Part shown: piece by piece, positions 25,715-39,628 of the stretch | How the letters are laid out: each line of letters begins with the position of its first letter | Numbering within the stretch: the first letter of the stretch is position 1 | DNA from: Octopus vulgaris | Taxonomy: Eukaryota | Assembly (NCBI GenBank): GCA_951406725.2 | Contig: OX597818.1 | Span: 39,928,001-39,992,000 of the forward strand | Direction of reading: 5' to 3' | Length of the DNA: 64,000 bases | Position numbers and translations under genes: made by a program | The notes under the pieces: generated by a model | The model's database searches: none | The model's input: only the letters and a program-made list of their open reading frames with translations | Told to the model about the DNA's origin: nothing

Positions 25715-26570
25715 TTGTTTTTACGTGACATTAGTTTGGGTGCTTTTTATGTGGTACCAGCACAGGTGCTTTTCATGTGGCACCAGCACAGGTGTTTTCA
25801 TGTGGCAGTGGCACAAGTGCTTTTTATGTGGTACCGGCATGGGTACTTTTTATGTGGCATCAGCACAGGTGCTTTTCATGTGACATCAGCACAGGTGCTT
25901 TTCATGTAGCATCAGCACAGGTGCTTTTCATGTGGCATCAGCACAGGTGCTTTTCATGTGGCATCAGCACAGGTGCTTTTCATGTGGCATCAACACAGGT
26001 GCTTTTCATGTGACACTGGCACAAGTGCTTTTTATGCGGTACCGGCATGGGTACTTTTTATGTGGTATCAGCACTGGTGCTTTTCATGTGGCATCAGCAC
26101 AGTTGCTTTTCATGTGGCATCAACACATGTGATTTTCATGTGGCATCAACACAGGTGCTCTTCATGTGGCATCAACACAGGTGCTCTTCATGTGGCATCA
26201 ACACAGGTGCTCTTCATGTGGCACCAGCACAGGTGCTCTTCATGTGGCACCAGCACAGGTGCTTTTCATGTGGCATCAGCACAGGTGCTTTTCATGTGGC
26301 ATCAGCACTGGTGCTTTTCATGTGACATCAACACAGGTGCTTTTCATGTGGCATCAGCACAGGTACTTTTCATGTGGCATCAGCACAGGTGCTTTTCAAG
26401 TGGCACTGGCACGACTGCTTTTCATGCGGCACTGGCATGGGTGCTCTTCATGCGGCACTGGCACGAGTGCTCTTCATGCAGCACTGGCACGAGTGCTTTT
26501 CATGTGGCACTGATACGGGTGCTTTTCATGTGGTTCCAGCACAGATGGTTTTTATGTGGCACCAGAAACA
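25715..26570. repeat. 26-bp minisatellite, roughly 32 copies
   Basis: Unit CATGTGGCATCAGCACAGGTGCTTTT, no spacers. Confidence 0.95.
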
Positions 26571-27586
26571 TAATTTATTTTCTTGATGTACCTAGCTACA
26601 TCTTGCAGTGTGCCTGGAGTACTATTTAGGAGCTACCAGCAAAACAAGAGAAAAGAGGAAGTGAATTGTCATGCAAATAAACATAGACTAATCTAGCAAT
26701 GATTCATTTCAAAGTTGACTTATTTCATTTTAACTGGAACATTTGAGAACTTTTTGTTGTTTAAATTTCATTTGTTTTCCTTTACTTAGATAAGAAATGT
26801 TACTTTCTTATCTACCCTGAAATCTCTAAGATTTCTGATATACCGCAGCTGATTGGTTTGCAGTGTCCAACACAAAAAAGAAAGTACTAGAACATAAAAT
26901 ATGTAGATGTATTTAACTCTATCAATAACAATCTGCCTGAGACTACTTCTGCTTTTGATACAAACTTTGTTTTAAAATGCTCTAAATTAAAATCTTCCCT
27001 CAAAAATTTTGTGTCAGTTTACTTTCCAAAATGCCTAATTAATAATTAGTTATTTTAATTAATCCTTCTTATCGCATCTTCACCCACCCATTCCTGGGAA
27101 GGTTATAGGAGCAGAATCCCCAAAACATGCCTTCCTTTGAGTCCTGTCAGAAGCAACAGTCTCTAATTGACCTGGTTGGATCTTCAAGGGAAACCAAATG
27201 AGCTCATGGATGTTACCCAGCCATCTTGCTTATGGTCTACCCCAGGGTCCCTTGCTGGTTGGCTTTTCCCATAAAACCTGTCCAGTGATTCTTTCCTGAG
27301 ACATTTTTAACACAAGTTTGTAGTATCAGAGCTGTGATCTCTCTATTCAGAGAAGCTGTGGCTCTACCAGGAGCACCTCTCCAATCTCTAAATTGTGCAC
27401 TCTGTTGAGTTACCTTACCTCCAAAGACCCTTCAGAGGAACCTTGTTCTAGCCACTTGTATTTGCTTTTTGTACATTGAGACTTAATTTTTAATTATTTT
27501 GAAAATTAATTGAAATAAAGTCTATGTGCCCCAGCATGGCCACAGCTCATGAGCTGAAACTAGAATCAATCAATCAATCACTCATA

Positions 27587-28151
27587 TTGGGTTGTCTGGA
27601 AAGTTCGTGCCGATTTATAGTAGCTTACCTTTCGACTTGTTTTAGAACATGGTTGAGTCCATAAAATAGGATTTGACTACACCTCCATTTAGAGCACCGT
27701 TTAAGCTATCTTTTCGTGGAAGAAGGTTTATGTTCCTATAACCTGTGTTTATTCTGTAACCCTTTAAAATGGAAGACAAAAAATTTCATTTTCGGCACTT
27801 GATGCTTTGGGAACCAGACAAAAATTGGTGCAGCTCAGCTGGGATGTGTTATCCATCCCTTCATATTCACCAGATATTGCTCCTTCGGATTTCCACTTAT
27901 TCACGTCTCTGCAGAATAGTCTTAATGGTAAAAATTTCAATTCCTTGGATGACGTAAAAAGACACCTTGATAAATTCTTTGCCTTGAAACCACCTTAATT
28001 CTGGGAAGAGGGTATTTTCAAGTTAAAGGTAAGATGGAGACGCATTGTGCACAAAATGGTTCATATTTGGTTGATTAAAAATGTAATGGCAAGTATTTAT
28101 TGACCGTTTTCTTTCCTTTAAAAATCGGCACAAACTTTCCGGACAACCCAA
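27587..28151 (+). mobile_element. internally deleted mariner element with intact TIRs
   Basis: TA|TTGGGTTGTCTGGAAAGTTCGTGCCGATTT...AAATCGGCACAAACTTTCCGGACAACCCAA|TA; N-terminus MEDKKFHFRHLML joined to YSPDIAPSDFHLF. Confidence 0.9.
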
Positions 28152-28835
28152 TATTTCAACAGAAACAAAGTAACAAAAAAGTTAATCAGTGCTTGAGTGT
28201 AAAAATTAGCATACGATATGTATTTTTTTTTTTAAATAATGAAGTGGAAGAAATGAAAATAATTGTTACAAAAAAAAAATTATCTACCTATTGACCTTAG
28301 TTTCTATCCATTATTATAAACCTTAATCTTTGGAATTCTTATCTAATGTTTTGGAGATAAATAGCTTCAATTTATTTTTTTCTATTGTTTAAGTTCTCTT
28401 TTTTTTTTTTCTTTATATATAACAAAGGGTTTATCTTGGTGAGATTTGTATAATCATGTGAGAAGTCTCTCAACTGACTTATTGCAGTTTGTTCTACTTC
28501 CTGTCATGTCAGTTAACTTTCCTGCTGTAGAGGCAGTAACTTCCTATGGCAATGTCCAACATCTTATGGCATAAATCAACCGCCTCTAACATAGATCTAT
28601 CTCCTGTGAAAGTAGGCCAACCACTTGTATAAATTTACCTCAGATGATATTTGGGATGAAAAAAATGAATCAATGCCTACATTTTTCTCATTTTTAGATA
28701 TCAAATAATTTTTTTTTTACTATTTTAACACTTATTTATACAGAAACAAAATTAATTCTCTGATAAATATATAATATCTGAAAAATTAAGACTACAATTA
28801 ATTTTAAGTTGTAAATATTGGAAAAATTTACATAT

Positions 28836-29185
28836 ATAGGTGCAGGAGTGGCTGTGTGGTAAGTAGCTTGCTAACCAACCACATGATTTTGGGTTCAGTC
28901 CCACTGTGTGACACCTTGGGCATGTGTCTGCTACTATAGTCTCAGGCTGACCAAAGTCTTGTGAGTGGATTTGGTAGACGGAAACTGAAAGAAGCCTGTT
29001 GTATATATGTATATTTATATGTATGTGTGTGTATATGTTTGTGTCGCTCCAACATCGCTTGACAACTAATGCTGGTGTGTTTACATCCCTGCAACTTAGT
29101 TTACAAAGAATAAGTCCTGGGGTTGATTTGCATGACTAAAGGTGGTGCTTCAGCATGGCCACAGTCAAATGACTAAAGTAAAAGA
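28836..29185 (+). mobile_element. SINE family A
   Basis: Head GGTGCAGGAGTGGCTGTGTGGTAAG with A/B boxes. Confidence 0.9.
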
Positions 29186-29269
29186 AAACATAAAAATAGA
29201 ATGACAGTGATAGTATCTTTTTCTCTTATTGTAGCATGACCACCACAAGGATAAATAAATTGGAAGATA

Positions 29270-29662
29270 TACTCTTTTACTTGTTTCAGTTATTTGACTG
29301 TGGCCATGCTGGAGCACTGCCTTTAGTCGAGCAAATCGACCCCAAGACTTATTCTTTGTAAGCCTAGTATTTATTGTATCGGTATCTTTTGCTGAAGCGC
29401 TAAGTTACAGGGACGTAAACACACCACTATCGGTTGTCAAGTGATGTTGGGGGGACAAACGCAGACACACAAATATACATACACACATACATATATACGA
29501 CTTGCTTCTTTCAGTTTCCGTCTACCAAATCCACTCACAAAGCTTTGGTCGGCCTGAGGCTATAGTAGAAGACACTTGCCCAAGGTGCCACGCAGTGGGA
29601 ATGAACCCAGAACCATGTGGTTGGTAAGCAAGCTACTTACCACACAGCCACCCCTGCACCTA
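29270..29662 (-). mobile_element. SINE family A, inverted relative to 28836 copy
   Basis: Reverse-complement match. Confidence 0.9.
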
Positions 29663-30769
29663 TATGTTTAAGTTTTAATGACTTAGAGAAGGAAGGGCTG
29701 TGTACATGGCTCATTCTAGGTTCTCCGAGATTGATTGTTGGAAGGAAGAAGTTATCCTCAGGCCGGAGATCTAACATGGATTTGCCAAAGTAAATTCCAT
29801 TAACTCTTGTGATTCTAACCTGTCTGAAACCACCCTTGGTTCTATGATAAAATCTTCCAGTTTTAGAGTGACTTAAATTAAACCTTTCCATCTAAATTTT
29901 GTATTATGTTCCCAGCACTTGCTTAATAATGGAAAAGTTGTTTTACAAAATTCTTTATTATTTTCCAAGTTGTTGAAACAAATGCAGTGTTTTTTTTTAA
30001 CAGAAATATGGTGACAAAACTTTTAAATACATCCAGCCATCTTCTATACTGTTTTCACCTACCAAATTTCAGCCAGACGGGCTCAATAGAGGATGTGTGT
30101 TTGAAGTGTTATATAGTGGGAGTGAACCCAAAAGTATGTAGTTGTGATGTGAACTTCCTAACCACATAACCTGAGGAGGATATTGACAAGCAGTTATTGT
30201 CCTGATTTTGTCACTGATAATGGTGCTATTGTGTTGTACTGAGAATCAGTAGCTTTGTGGAAAGCTTTCCCCGTTTTGTAAACGTAAACCACATTTCAAA
30301 TCATCATCATCGTTTAACGTCCGCTTTCTATGCTGGCATGTGTTGGATGATTTTGACTGAGGGCTGGCGAACCAGATGGCTGCACCAGGCTCCAATCTTG
30401 ATTTGGCAGAGTTTCTACAGCTGGATGTCCTTCCTAACGCCTCAAATGTCAGAGTATTTTAAGATGCCTACTTTCTTTGAGAAGTAGAAAATGGGGGATG
30501 CAGCGGGTGGACATGAGGAGGGAGAGTGGGGTTTGGAAGATAAGTTACTGGGAAGACTGACTTGTCAGAGACATTTTTTTTAATACTCTGGTAAGTTTGC
30601 CAGAATTCAAAAGGAAGGAGGATGATGTAGGGGAGGGGACTGCAGCTAGTAGTAAAGACAGATGGCAGGAGGGAAGGGTGTTAAGATCAGTCATGGGAGT
30701 AAGGGACGTAGAGATGAGTGAGACCTTTAAGGTCTCATTTTTTCTTAGATAGACATGTCATCTCAAGTA

Positions 30770-31065
30770 TAGCAATCTGAACTTTTCCCAGCCAGTTCTG
30801 TTTCTAACCACAACATTTTCAGAGTACCTTGTTGGCCAGCTACTGCTAATTAGGTCACCTAGGTAACAGAAACTATTTACTTCCACTAAGGATCCTCTTG
30901 GACATCTGAGGGAATCTATTTCCTGTGTGTTCTTAGTGTTTATTGTTCCTGCACATCTGCCACACACAAAGACTACTTTCTCCATTAACCTTCTTGTGAG
31001 TCTACATCACTCCTTATGTGTACATAGCTTGCACTGGGTACGCTGTATGGAATTTCTCCCTACAC

Positions 31066-31068
<3 letters not shown>
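30770..31068 (-). mobile_element. RTE LINE fragment
   Basis: ORF 30758..30985 FVCGRC..VNSFCYLGDLI matches ORF 41572. Confidence 0.75.
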
Positions 31069-31105
<37 letters not shown>

Positions 31106-31251
31106 ATATGACAGCAAAAGAATGAATAAGACCTTGATATTCAATATTATGTCACATAGAGGAATTTATCTATAAATATATGGGACAACTAGTTGTTTGT
31201 CTGAGTTTTATTATGGCAACCAACTAGTTGTCACATATTATATATATATAA

Positions 31252-31605
31252 TGAGTGGCTGTGTGGTATGTAGCTTGCTTACCAACCACATGGTTCTGGG
31301 TTCAGTCTCACTGCGTGGCACCTTGGGCAAGTGCCTTCTACTATAGTCTTGGGCCAACCAAAGCCTTGTGAGTGGATTTGATAGATGGAAACTGAAAGAA
31401 GCCCATCGTATTGCGTGTGTATCGTTGGCGATTTTCTTTCTCCATCTTCCCTTCCTTGGATCTTTCCTTTTTCTATGTTTCTGATGAAGTGCTCTGCTCG
31501 AAACGTTAAATCTTCCTTCTTTCTTTCCTTTCCTGAGCGTCCAATAACAGTATGCTTGTTCCACATCCTTGCATTGTTGTGTTTTCTCTTTGTTTATGTT
31601 TGGAG

Positions 31606-31655
<50 letters not shown>

Positions 31656-31862
31656 ACGTACGTATGTGTATATGTTTGTGTGTCTGTGTTTGTCCCCCCA
31701 ACATCACTTGACAACTGATGCTGGTGTGTTTACATCCCTGTAACTTAGCGGTTTGGCAAAAGAGAGCGATATAATAAGTACTAAGCTTACAAAGAATAAG
31801 TCCTGGGGTTGATTTGCTCAACTAAAGGCGGTGCTCCAGCATGGCCACAGTCAAATGTCTGA
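31252..31862 (+). mobile_element. SINE family A interrupted at its TA tract by a ~200-bp hammerhead-bearing element (31411-31610)
   Basis: SINE breaks after GAAGCCCATCGTA and resumes after (TA)n. Confidence 0.85.
31477..31511 (+). ncRNA. minimal hammerhead ribozyme motif (Penelope-type)
   Basis: GTTT-CTGATGA-A-GTGC(tct)GCTC-GAAAC-GTT-AAAT; ACGT palindromic stem III; one mismatch in stem II. Confidence 0.65.
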
Positions 31863-32762
31863 TATGTATATATATAAATCAGGCAGGGCTGTTTCCCTGA
31901 AGGGATTAGTAATTTGTCGGGTTTTCTTATTTACTTGAACTTTGGTCTTTGCTAAATTAACTCTAAGACCTTTTGATTCTAGGCCTTGCTTCTACACCTG
32001 AAATTTCTCCTCTACCTCTTCTACAGAATTAGTTATAAGAACAAGGTCATCACTATAGAGGAGCTCCCATGAGCATCCAGTCTTAAACTTCAGTGATAAA
32101 TGCGAAGAGGTTGAGAACTAAACCATGCTGGACTTCTACCTGGACACTAAATTTCTTGCTCTACTCATTGCTGTCTTTCAGCTTACTGACGGCACCCTGT
32201 AAATGGCTCAGATGGCTCTTGTGGCTAGATAAACTATTTCTCTGAAAGAAAAATTTACAAGTGGTTTCATACAGGACAGAAGCCATATTGTTGTGATATT
32301 TGTGGTTGGCCATTAACTTATGAAAGAATGGTTTGAGAAATGTATTCATACAGGACAGAAGCCATGTCATTGATATATTTGTGGTGAATTTTCCTCCTCT
32401 ATTCTATTATTCCAACATACTGTCCTTAGGGGAAAATTGTTGATTGATTTCTTTACAATGTTTCTAAGACAGATGTTGAGTGAATTTATTTTAGACTTTT
32501 GCCAGTATTTTTGTTGTTGTTGAGCAATAGTTTATCCTTGTCAAAAAGTTGTGGTAAAAAGAATTCCTTTTGGGACATCTTATCTTTATATCAAGGACAT
32601 TATCCTATATGTGATTTGAGGGACGTTTGGCTATTATTTCTAGCAGGTTGAATAACCATGTAGGGACTCACATGTTGGGCCACTTATCAGTATGTATTTT
32701 ATTCCATGGAGTTGGCCATTTTGGAATTTAAACTCTGGCATATTAAGTACTAGCTTATATAT

Positions 32763-33124
32763 CTTTTATCTTTTACTTGTTTCAGTCATTAAACTGTGGC
32801 CATACAGAGGTACTGCTTTGAAGGGTTTAATCAAACAAATTGACTCTAGTACTTTGTTTTGAAGCCTGGTTCTGACTTTAGTAGTCTCTTTTGCTGAACT
32901 GCTAAGTTACAGAATGCAAACAAATTAACACCAGTTATCCATCCATCCATCCAACTAACCACACACATACAAGGGGCTTCTTTCTGTTACCATCCACTCG
33001 CAAGGTTTTGGTCAACTTAGTGCTATAGTAGAAGACATTTGCCCAGGGTGCTGTGCAGTGGGACTGAACCCAAGGTCACATGGTTGGGAAGCAAACTTCT
33101 TAACCTCACAGCCATGCCTGCACC
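32763..33124 (-). mobile_element. SINE family A, older copy
   Basis: Diverged match to family A. Confidence 0.75.
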
Positions 33125-34508
33125 TGATAACTGTTTGTAATGTGATGATGCTTTAATTTTTCCTTAATTAGCTAATCATCACCATCCCTATATATAAGTA
33201 TTACTGCATGTTTATTTTTCTGTTTTTCCATTTACAAATATTTGAAGAGGTCTCTATTATACCACTACAAAAAATTCTTTGAGGGAACATTTTCATTATA
33301 AAATAATTTCTATTTGTGTCAAACCACTCAGAACCACTTGTAGTAATCTATTAGTTAGTTGTAAAAAATTATTCCATTATTGTTTTATGTAAGAACCTCT
33401 TGTAACTGTGTTCTAAACATCAGCTCATTATATGAAACCTAAAAAAAGCTAATGTGTAAGACAGACAGAATGAGTATGTATAATGTCTGTATAGTGTCAC
33501 TTGACCTGTGAGAAATAGCAGCTAAATCTTTTTCAAGTTATTCTTTATCATTTGAAATTGGTTTGACAAAATTATTAAATTGTTGGACTAAATGTTTGTG
33601 ACTCTTTACATTCTGAGTTCAAATCTTACTAAAGTTGACTTGGCTTATCATCCTGGTACTTTTACTGGTTCTATATGTTTTATTGTTAAAACAGTATCCC
33701 AGTTAATTACTGGTTTTTATTTAATTAACTAAATTTGCTCTTTAATTTTCCTACTCTGGTAGGGCATTGGCAAAATTGTTAGTACATCAAACATAACTGC
33801 CATGCAGTATTTAGTTATGGTTCTGAGTTCAAATCTCACTAGAATTGATTTTGTCTTTCATCTCTGCAAGGTCTGTTAAATAAGTACCAGCTGAGTATTG
33901 GGTATTGATCTAATTGGCTGTTCCTTTCGATACAGAGTTTGTGGCATAGTGTCTGTGTTAGAAATTACTATCATTACCATTATTATTTCAAATCTTGCCT
34001 TGTAGCATGCCAGACAAATTGACATTTCTTCCAACTAAATTCCACCAGGGCCAGCTTTACCTTTCATCCTTTTGTGATTGGTAAAATAAGTACCAGTTGA
34101 ATACTGGGATTGTACCTAAGTAGAAAGAATTCTTATTATTAAGGTAACACGATGGCTGAACCATTAGCATCTCAGACAAAATGGTTAGCAGCATTTCTTC
34201 CTACCTTTTATGTTCCGAGTTCAGATTCTGTCACAGTTGACTTTGTCTTTCATCCTTTCAGGATTGGTAAAATAATTAACAATTTAACACTGGGGTCAAT
34301 GGAATCGACTTACTTCTTCCCCTAAAAATGCTGGCTTTGTACTTATAGTAGAAAGGATTATTATTATTGTTACAACTAGGAAAAGTCAGTTTGGCACTTT
34401 TGTCATCTATTACTATTTGTCCATTGTGCTTTGCCCCAGTTTACGTCTGACTGCACTGAAATATCTGCTCTTTTACTTTTTATGGAAAGGACACATTCCT
34501 TTCCTTAA

Positions 34509-34728
34509 CCCTTTAGTATTTAAACCGGCCATATCCGGCCGAAAGTATTCTACCTGTTTTATGTTCAAACTGGCCAGATCCAGGCTCTTACACCTACCCT
34601 ACAATGTTATTCTATATTAAGTAATTACACCATCAAGATCTTGAAGATATGAGATAATGCATGATTAATTCGAATCAATGGGAATCAATAGGCATTATGT
34701 TTGATAGAATAATCTGAACACTAAAGAG
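34509..34728. mobile_element. piggyBac-type MITE
   Basis: TTAA|CCCTTTAG...CTAAAGAG|TTAA; homologous to 11059. Confidence 0.85.
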
Positions 34729-36864
34729 TTAAAGGTGCTCCATTACCATCAATACTTACTGTGTAGAATACTAGGCATGCTGTGGCTGATGATGTGCAAG
34801 CATGCTTTGTAGCTGCAATAGAAATCCCTTGATGTTGAATAAGTCTGGTTGTCATTTGTGAGATACATTCGATGTATCATGTTTTTATAAATTTTTAACC
34901 AACTCATTCGTTGTATATGACCCCCGATATCATATTGTACTGTCTCCTCTATGTTCGTCTGTATGGACAATAATAAACTCGAATAAGTCTGATTGTCATT
35001 TGTTAGACACATTTCTCCACAGAGCTACAGTCCTGGATCAAGCAACAGGATGCTTGGTATCTAGAATGTTGTCAAGGACTCACAACCCTTTACCATTTGG
35101 GCGATGCAGTAGGGGGATATTCCATATTAGCATAAAGTAGAGGATTAATAGTTAGAAAAAGTGACAACATTCTTGCGCAGTGATGAAAATCAACAGGCTG
35201 ATCTATTTTTGGAGAATTTTTGAACTAGGATCCAGGGATAATTTCCAGAAATATTTGGCCTAGCAGTGAACATTGCCAGTTTGAGATAACCTCCACAGAC
35301 ATCGATATGCTGTCAGCTTAGGCCTAACTGAGATGCATGTAAGGAAATGAAACTGTTCAGCCTGCATTCAACCAGTATTTGAACATTGCTGACTTGTGGA
35401 GATATGTCAAACAGCTGCTGTCATGTGTAGGCCAGATTTTGCTGTCAGCTGATCTTCACAATGGACTCTGCTAAGTCCATTGTGCTGCTTTTCTTTGGCT
35501 GAGAAGGGCAGGCAGTTTTCATCTGTCTAGTGGGCTTGGCAAAAGAGACTGCGCAGTAGAAAAGAATGAAAGGGCTGAAAGCAGACACCTTTTGGTTGAG
35601 TTCCACTTGAAAAGAAGATGAGAGTGGAGAGGGCAGTGCTACCTCTTAGCAAATTTGTTGTAAAGTGGATGAAATTGGTGAATACGATCTGAGTGAATGG
35701 GCCTGCTCTAAGCATATAGCTGCAGACTAGAGGAGGACAACTGGGAGTGTGCACTTGGTTTAGTGGTCAGAGTTATCATGGATTTTGGTGTTCTTGTGAG
35801 TAGCCCTAAAAGATTTTCTCTACATTTGGTAAATTTTTCTTTGAATATTTTTGTTTGCATGTATTTTTTATGTTCCAGGATTGATAAAATAAGTACCAGT
35901 CATGTACTGGGGTTGATGTAATTGACTCGCTCACACCCCCAAAAATATTTCAGACCTTGTGCCTATAATGGAAAGGATTATATCATTCACACTAAGGTGG
36001 CAAGCGGGCAAAGTCGTTAGTTAGCATGCTGGACAAAGTGCTTCATTGCTGATTTATCAGTTTTCTTACTGATGCATATTTTTCCAATATGTATTGCTGA
36101 AATATTTGCATTCATATAGGCCAGGTGGTAGGGGTAGTGGTGTTAAGAGGTTTGCTTCAGAATTGTGAGTTCCTATGTTTGATCCCACACCTTGCATTTT
36201 GGGCTGTTGTCTTTTACTTTATTCCTGATCAAAGGCATATGCCATGGAGGCATGTAACATGACTCTGTGTGCCTCAGTTTGCCTGACTCAATTATAGATT
36301 TCATTCCAGCTGCGTGGGTAGTATAGAATGTCTATCTCACTATTAAATAACAATTGCTTGAAAAAAAGCAAGCAAACTAATGAATCCATCCATAGAAGCA
36401 TAGAAAAATGCTCATAAAAGTCATAAACCTGGATTTGCTTTATAAACTTCAACAATGAAGTTAAGACAATTTGGTCTATGTTTGTCTCATTATAGGAACA
36501 GAGATCTCTATAAAATTGTATGATAGTTATCTTCATCTTACAGTTGTAAGGCACACATTTTCCTATACAACTTAATATTGCAAAATTGTTTGCCAATTTT
36601 GGATGCAGAGAAGCTGTCATGGGACCACCAGTGGCAGAGAGCACTAGTGGACCCAGTCAGTTCTAAGCATTGATATCTCTGGGACCACTAATCTGGGATG
36701 ACCCCAGCCCCATGAAGTCAGAGCATGAAGCAAAGTGAAGCACTTGCCAATATATAAGCTGGCATCGGTTGCTCGTGCAGTTGCTAGACATTATATGAAT
36801 ATGGACATTATACAAATAACCTGATATATCTCAGCAAGCATCTAGTCTGCTGTATTGATCTTAA

Positions 36865-37080
36865 CCCTTTTATTACCGTATTTGAGATGCTCTGTGTTTC
36901 TTTAAATTATTTAAAATATTACAAAGAATTTAGTAAAATAACTTAGTTACCATTAAGCTAGTGTTAGTAACATAAATTGTGACCAAGGTTTGGTGAAAGA
37001 TTTTAATTCAAAACTTAAGAAAACAAGACATTTATACTACAGAGCCAGAGGCGGTTTAGGCCGGGTTGGTAATGAAAGGG
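36865..37080. mobile_element. piggyBac-type MITE, second subfamily
   Basis: TTAA|CCCTTTTATTACC...GGTAATGAAAGGG|TTAA; homologous to 57464-57680. Confidence 0.85.
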
Positions 37081-38876
37081 TTAAAACTACTGAAGTGGCA
37101 GCCATTTTTTTTCTATCTTTTTTTGCAGTTTAGGAAACTAAATTTTTGTTAGCTCCGTATGAATTAGTAACACATTGATTTAGTTCAAAGCATGGTTTCT
37201 TTTTGTTGTCTCATACGCCAAATACCATTGTTTCATTTTCTTGTTTAGCATGTTTTTGTCTTGTCTAGCTCTTCTTCCTTTTCTTTTCATGTTATGAGAT
37301 CTTCCTGGTGTCTTCTTTCTTTATACATTGTAGGTAGTTGGTTTTCTGTTTGTTAACGTAATGTGATATAATCCATTAACTGATTTGAACCTGATTTTCA
37401 TAATATTGCTTCTTACAACATGTATATTATTTTTGTTTTTGCATGCATTTGGATGTTAGGCGTAAACTATAACACTATTTCTTTAAACATTGTCCTCTCT
37501 GGTTTTTCTTATATTGATATTTGCTTTGAGATATCTTGATTGGTATCTTGAAAATTATCCCGTTAGTAGTGTGTGTGTATATTTGTACACACACACACAC
37601 ACACACAGGTATAGGCATGGCTATGTGGTTAGGAAGCTTGCTTCTTAAGTTCAGTCCTACTGTGTGGTACCTTGGGCAAGTAGCCCCAGGCCTACCAATG
37701 CCTTGTGAGGGAAGTTCGTAGACAGAAACTCTGTTGAAGCCTGTTGTGTGTGTGTGTGTGTGTTTGTGTATGCATGTGCGCATCTCACCTCCGTGACTGG
37801 ACAACTGGTATTAGCAAAAGTGGCAAATAGAATAAGTACCAGACTTAAGAAATAAATACTGGGGTTGATCTGTTTGACTAAAAACCCTTTAAGGCAATGC
37901 CCCAGCATGGCCACAGACCAATGACTGAAACCAGTAAAAGATAAAAGCAGATATATATATATGTGTGTGTGTTTACCAGAAAAGCATAAATTTCACATAC
38001 ACTTCTTTAACCCTCTAACATTCAAATTATTCTCTCAGATGTAATGCTTATTCATTTCACAGTTTCTTTAATTAATCATGCATTATGAAGTAGCTACAAA
38101 ATGTTGATGATATGATTGTATCATCAACAAATCAGTAATTAAAATCTCAATAAGTTTCTTAAACTGCAACAGGCAATCCATACAAAATACATTAAGATTA
38201 TCAGATTTAGCATTAAAATAGAAAAGGATAAATTTCAAATACAATTCATACTTGAAATTGTGTTCAGCTGTTTCATTAAGATAAACATCACAAAATGTAC
38301 AATTTGATATTGAAGGGTAGGTGTGATACACTGGATCTAGCTGGTTTGAACATGAAACAGGTAAAATATTTGGGCCAGATATAGCCAGTTTAATACTAAA
38401 GGGTTAAATGGTATTCAACAGCTATTTTCATTAAGGTAAACTCTACCAAATATGGAATTACATAATTGTGAAATATAATTAAAATTTGGGTAAATGATAT
38501 TTACCCAAATTATAGGAATGTTCATCAGAAAACTTAAGATTTTCTGGTTAGCATAATATTTCTGATGATTTGTGTAAACACTGGTTTTAAGTTAATTTGA
38601 CCTGAATTTAATTTATATTATGTATGTATCAAATTGTACGTTTTGTGATGTTTATCTTAATGAAACAGCTGTTGGATGCGATTTAAAGTATGACTTTTAA
38701 GTGAAATTTTTATCCTTTTCTACTTCTATGCAAAATCTGATACTATTAATGTATTCTGCATGGATTTACTGCAATGTAAAATCTGTTGCAGTTTTGAAAC
38801 TTGAGTATTTAATTACTGTATTACTATGGATTTATTCTCTAGTGTTTAAATGTTTATACATAAATTCTCTCTCTTT

Positions 38877-38928
<52 letters not shown>

Positions 38929-38931
<3 letters not shown>

Positions 38932-39628
38932 GAATAAGGGTAGAAATTGATATTAATCAATTAAAACCAGTGGCTTAGCATATTAAAAAAGTCCGAAGAT
39001 TAAAATATTTTTACATACAAAATTTAAAGGACTGACCAAAAATATTTTTACATACAAAATTTAAAGGACTGACTGTGGTCAGTCCTTTAAATTTTGTATG
39101 TAAAAATATTTTAATCTTTGGATGTTTTTAATATGCTAGGCCACTGGTTTTAATTGATGAATATCAATTTCTACCCTTATTCAATTTTAGATAATAAAAA
39201 TTTTCTCTAACCGGTAAATTGACTGCTGCAGTTTATTAACTGCAGGGTAGATTTCCGATCTCAGCGCGCCAAAGTGAAGGCATTTGAAGGATACACATAA
39301 ATATAATTTGTTGGGCTCTATGCATGTGGGACTCCGGTCAAACATTTTTGTATCTAGTCCTGGAAATTATATTTATATACGACGGACTATGCTGATGAGC
39401 TTGCAGATTTCCATGTATCCATATGCGTGGATATTAACAAGCGAAACTGATCGGTACATAGGTAATTGTTATTATTTCGTATATTTTCATTTGTCTTGCT
39501 TATTTTTTACACTTTGGTTTGTGCTGAGTTTTTATTTGAGAACACATTCTTCGTGGAAAATAGCGATTTTGACGTCTATATCTAGCATGTTGACCGTCCA
39601 CTTTTAGTGGTCAGTCCTTTAAATTTTG

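Noticed and set aside
25715-26629. CRISPR-like array or 223-aa repetitive protein
   Set aside because: Contiguous 26-bp units without unique spacers, no cas genes, eukaryotic context; the ORFs are by-products of the repeat.
28430-28645. Host exon or enhancer in unique sequence (several TTCCT motifs)
   Set aside because: No convincing ORF with splice sites, and short motifs are not distinguishable from chance without conservation data.
34990-36640. Protein-coding exons
   Set aside because: Looks like highly decayed LINE sequence with stops; too degenerate to classify.
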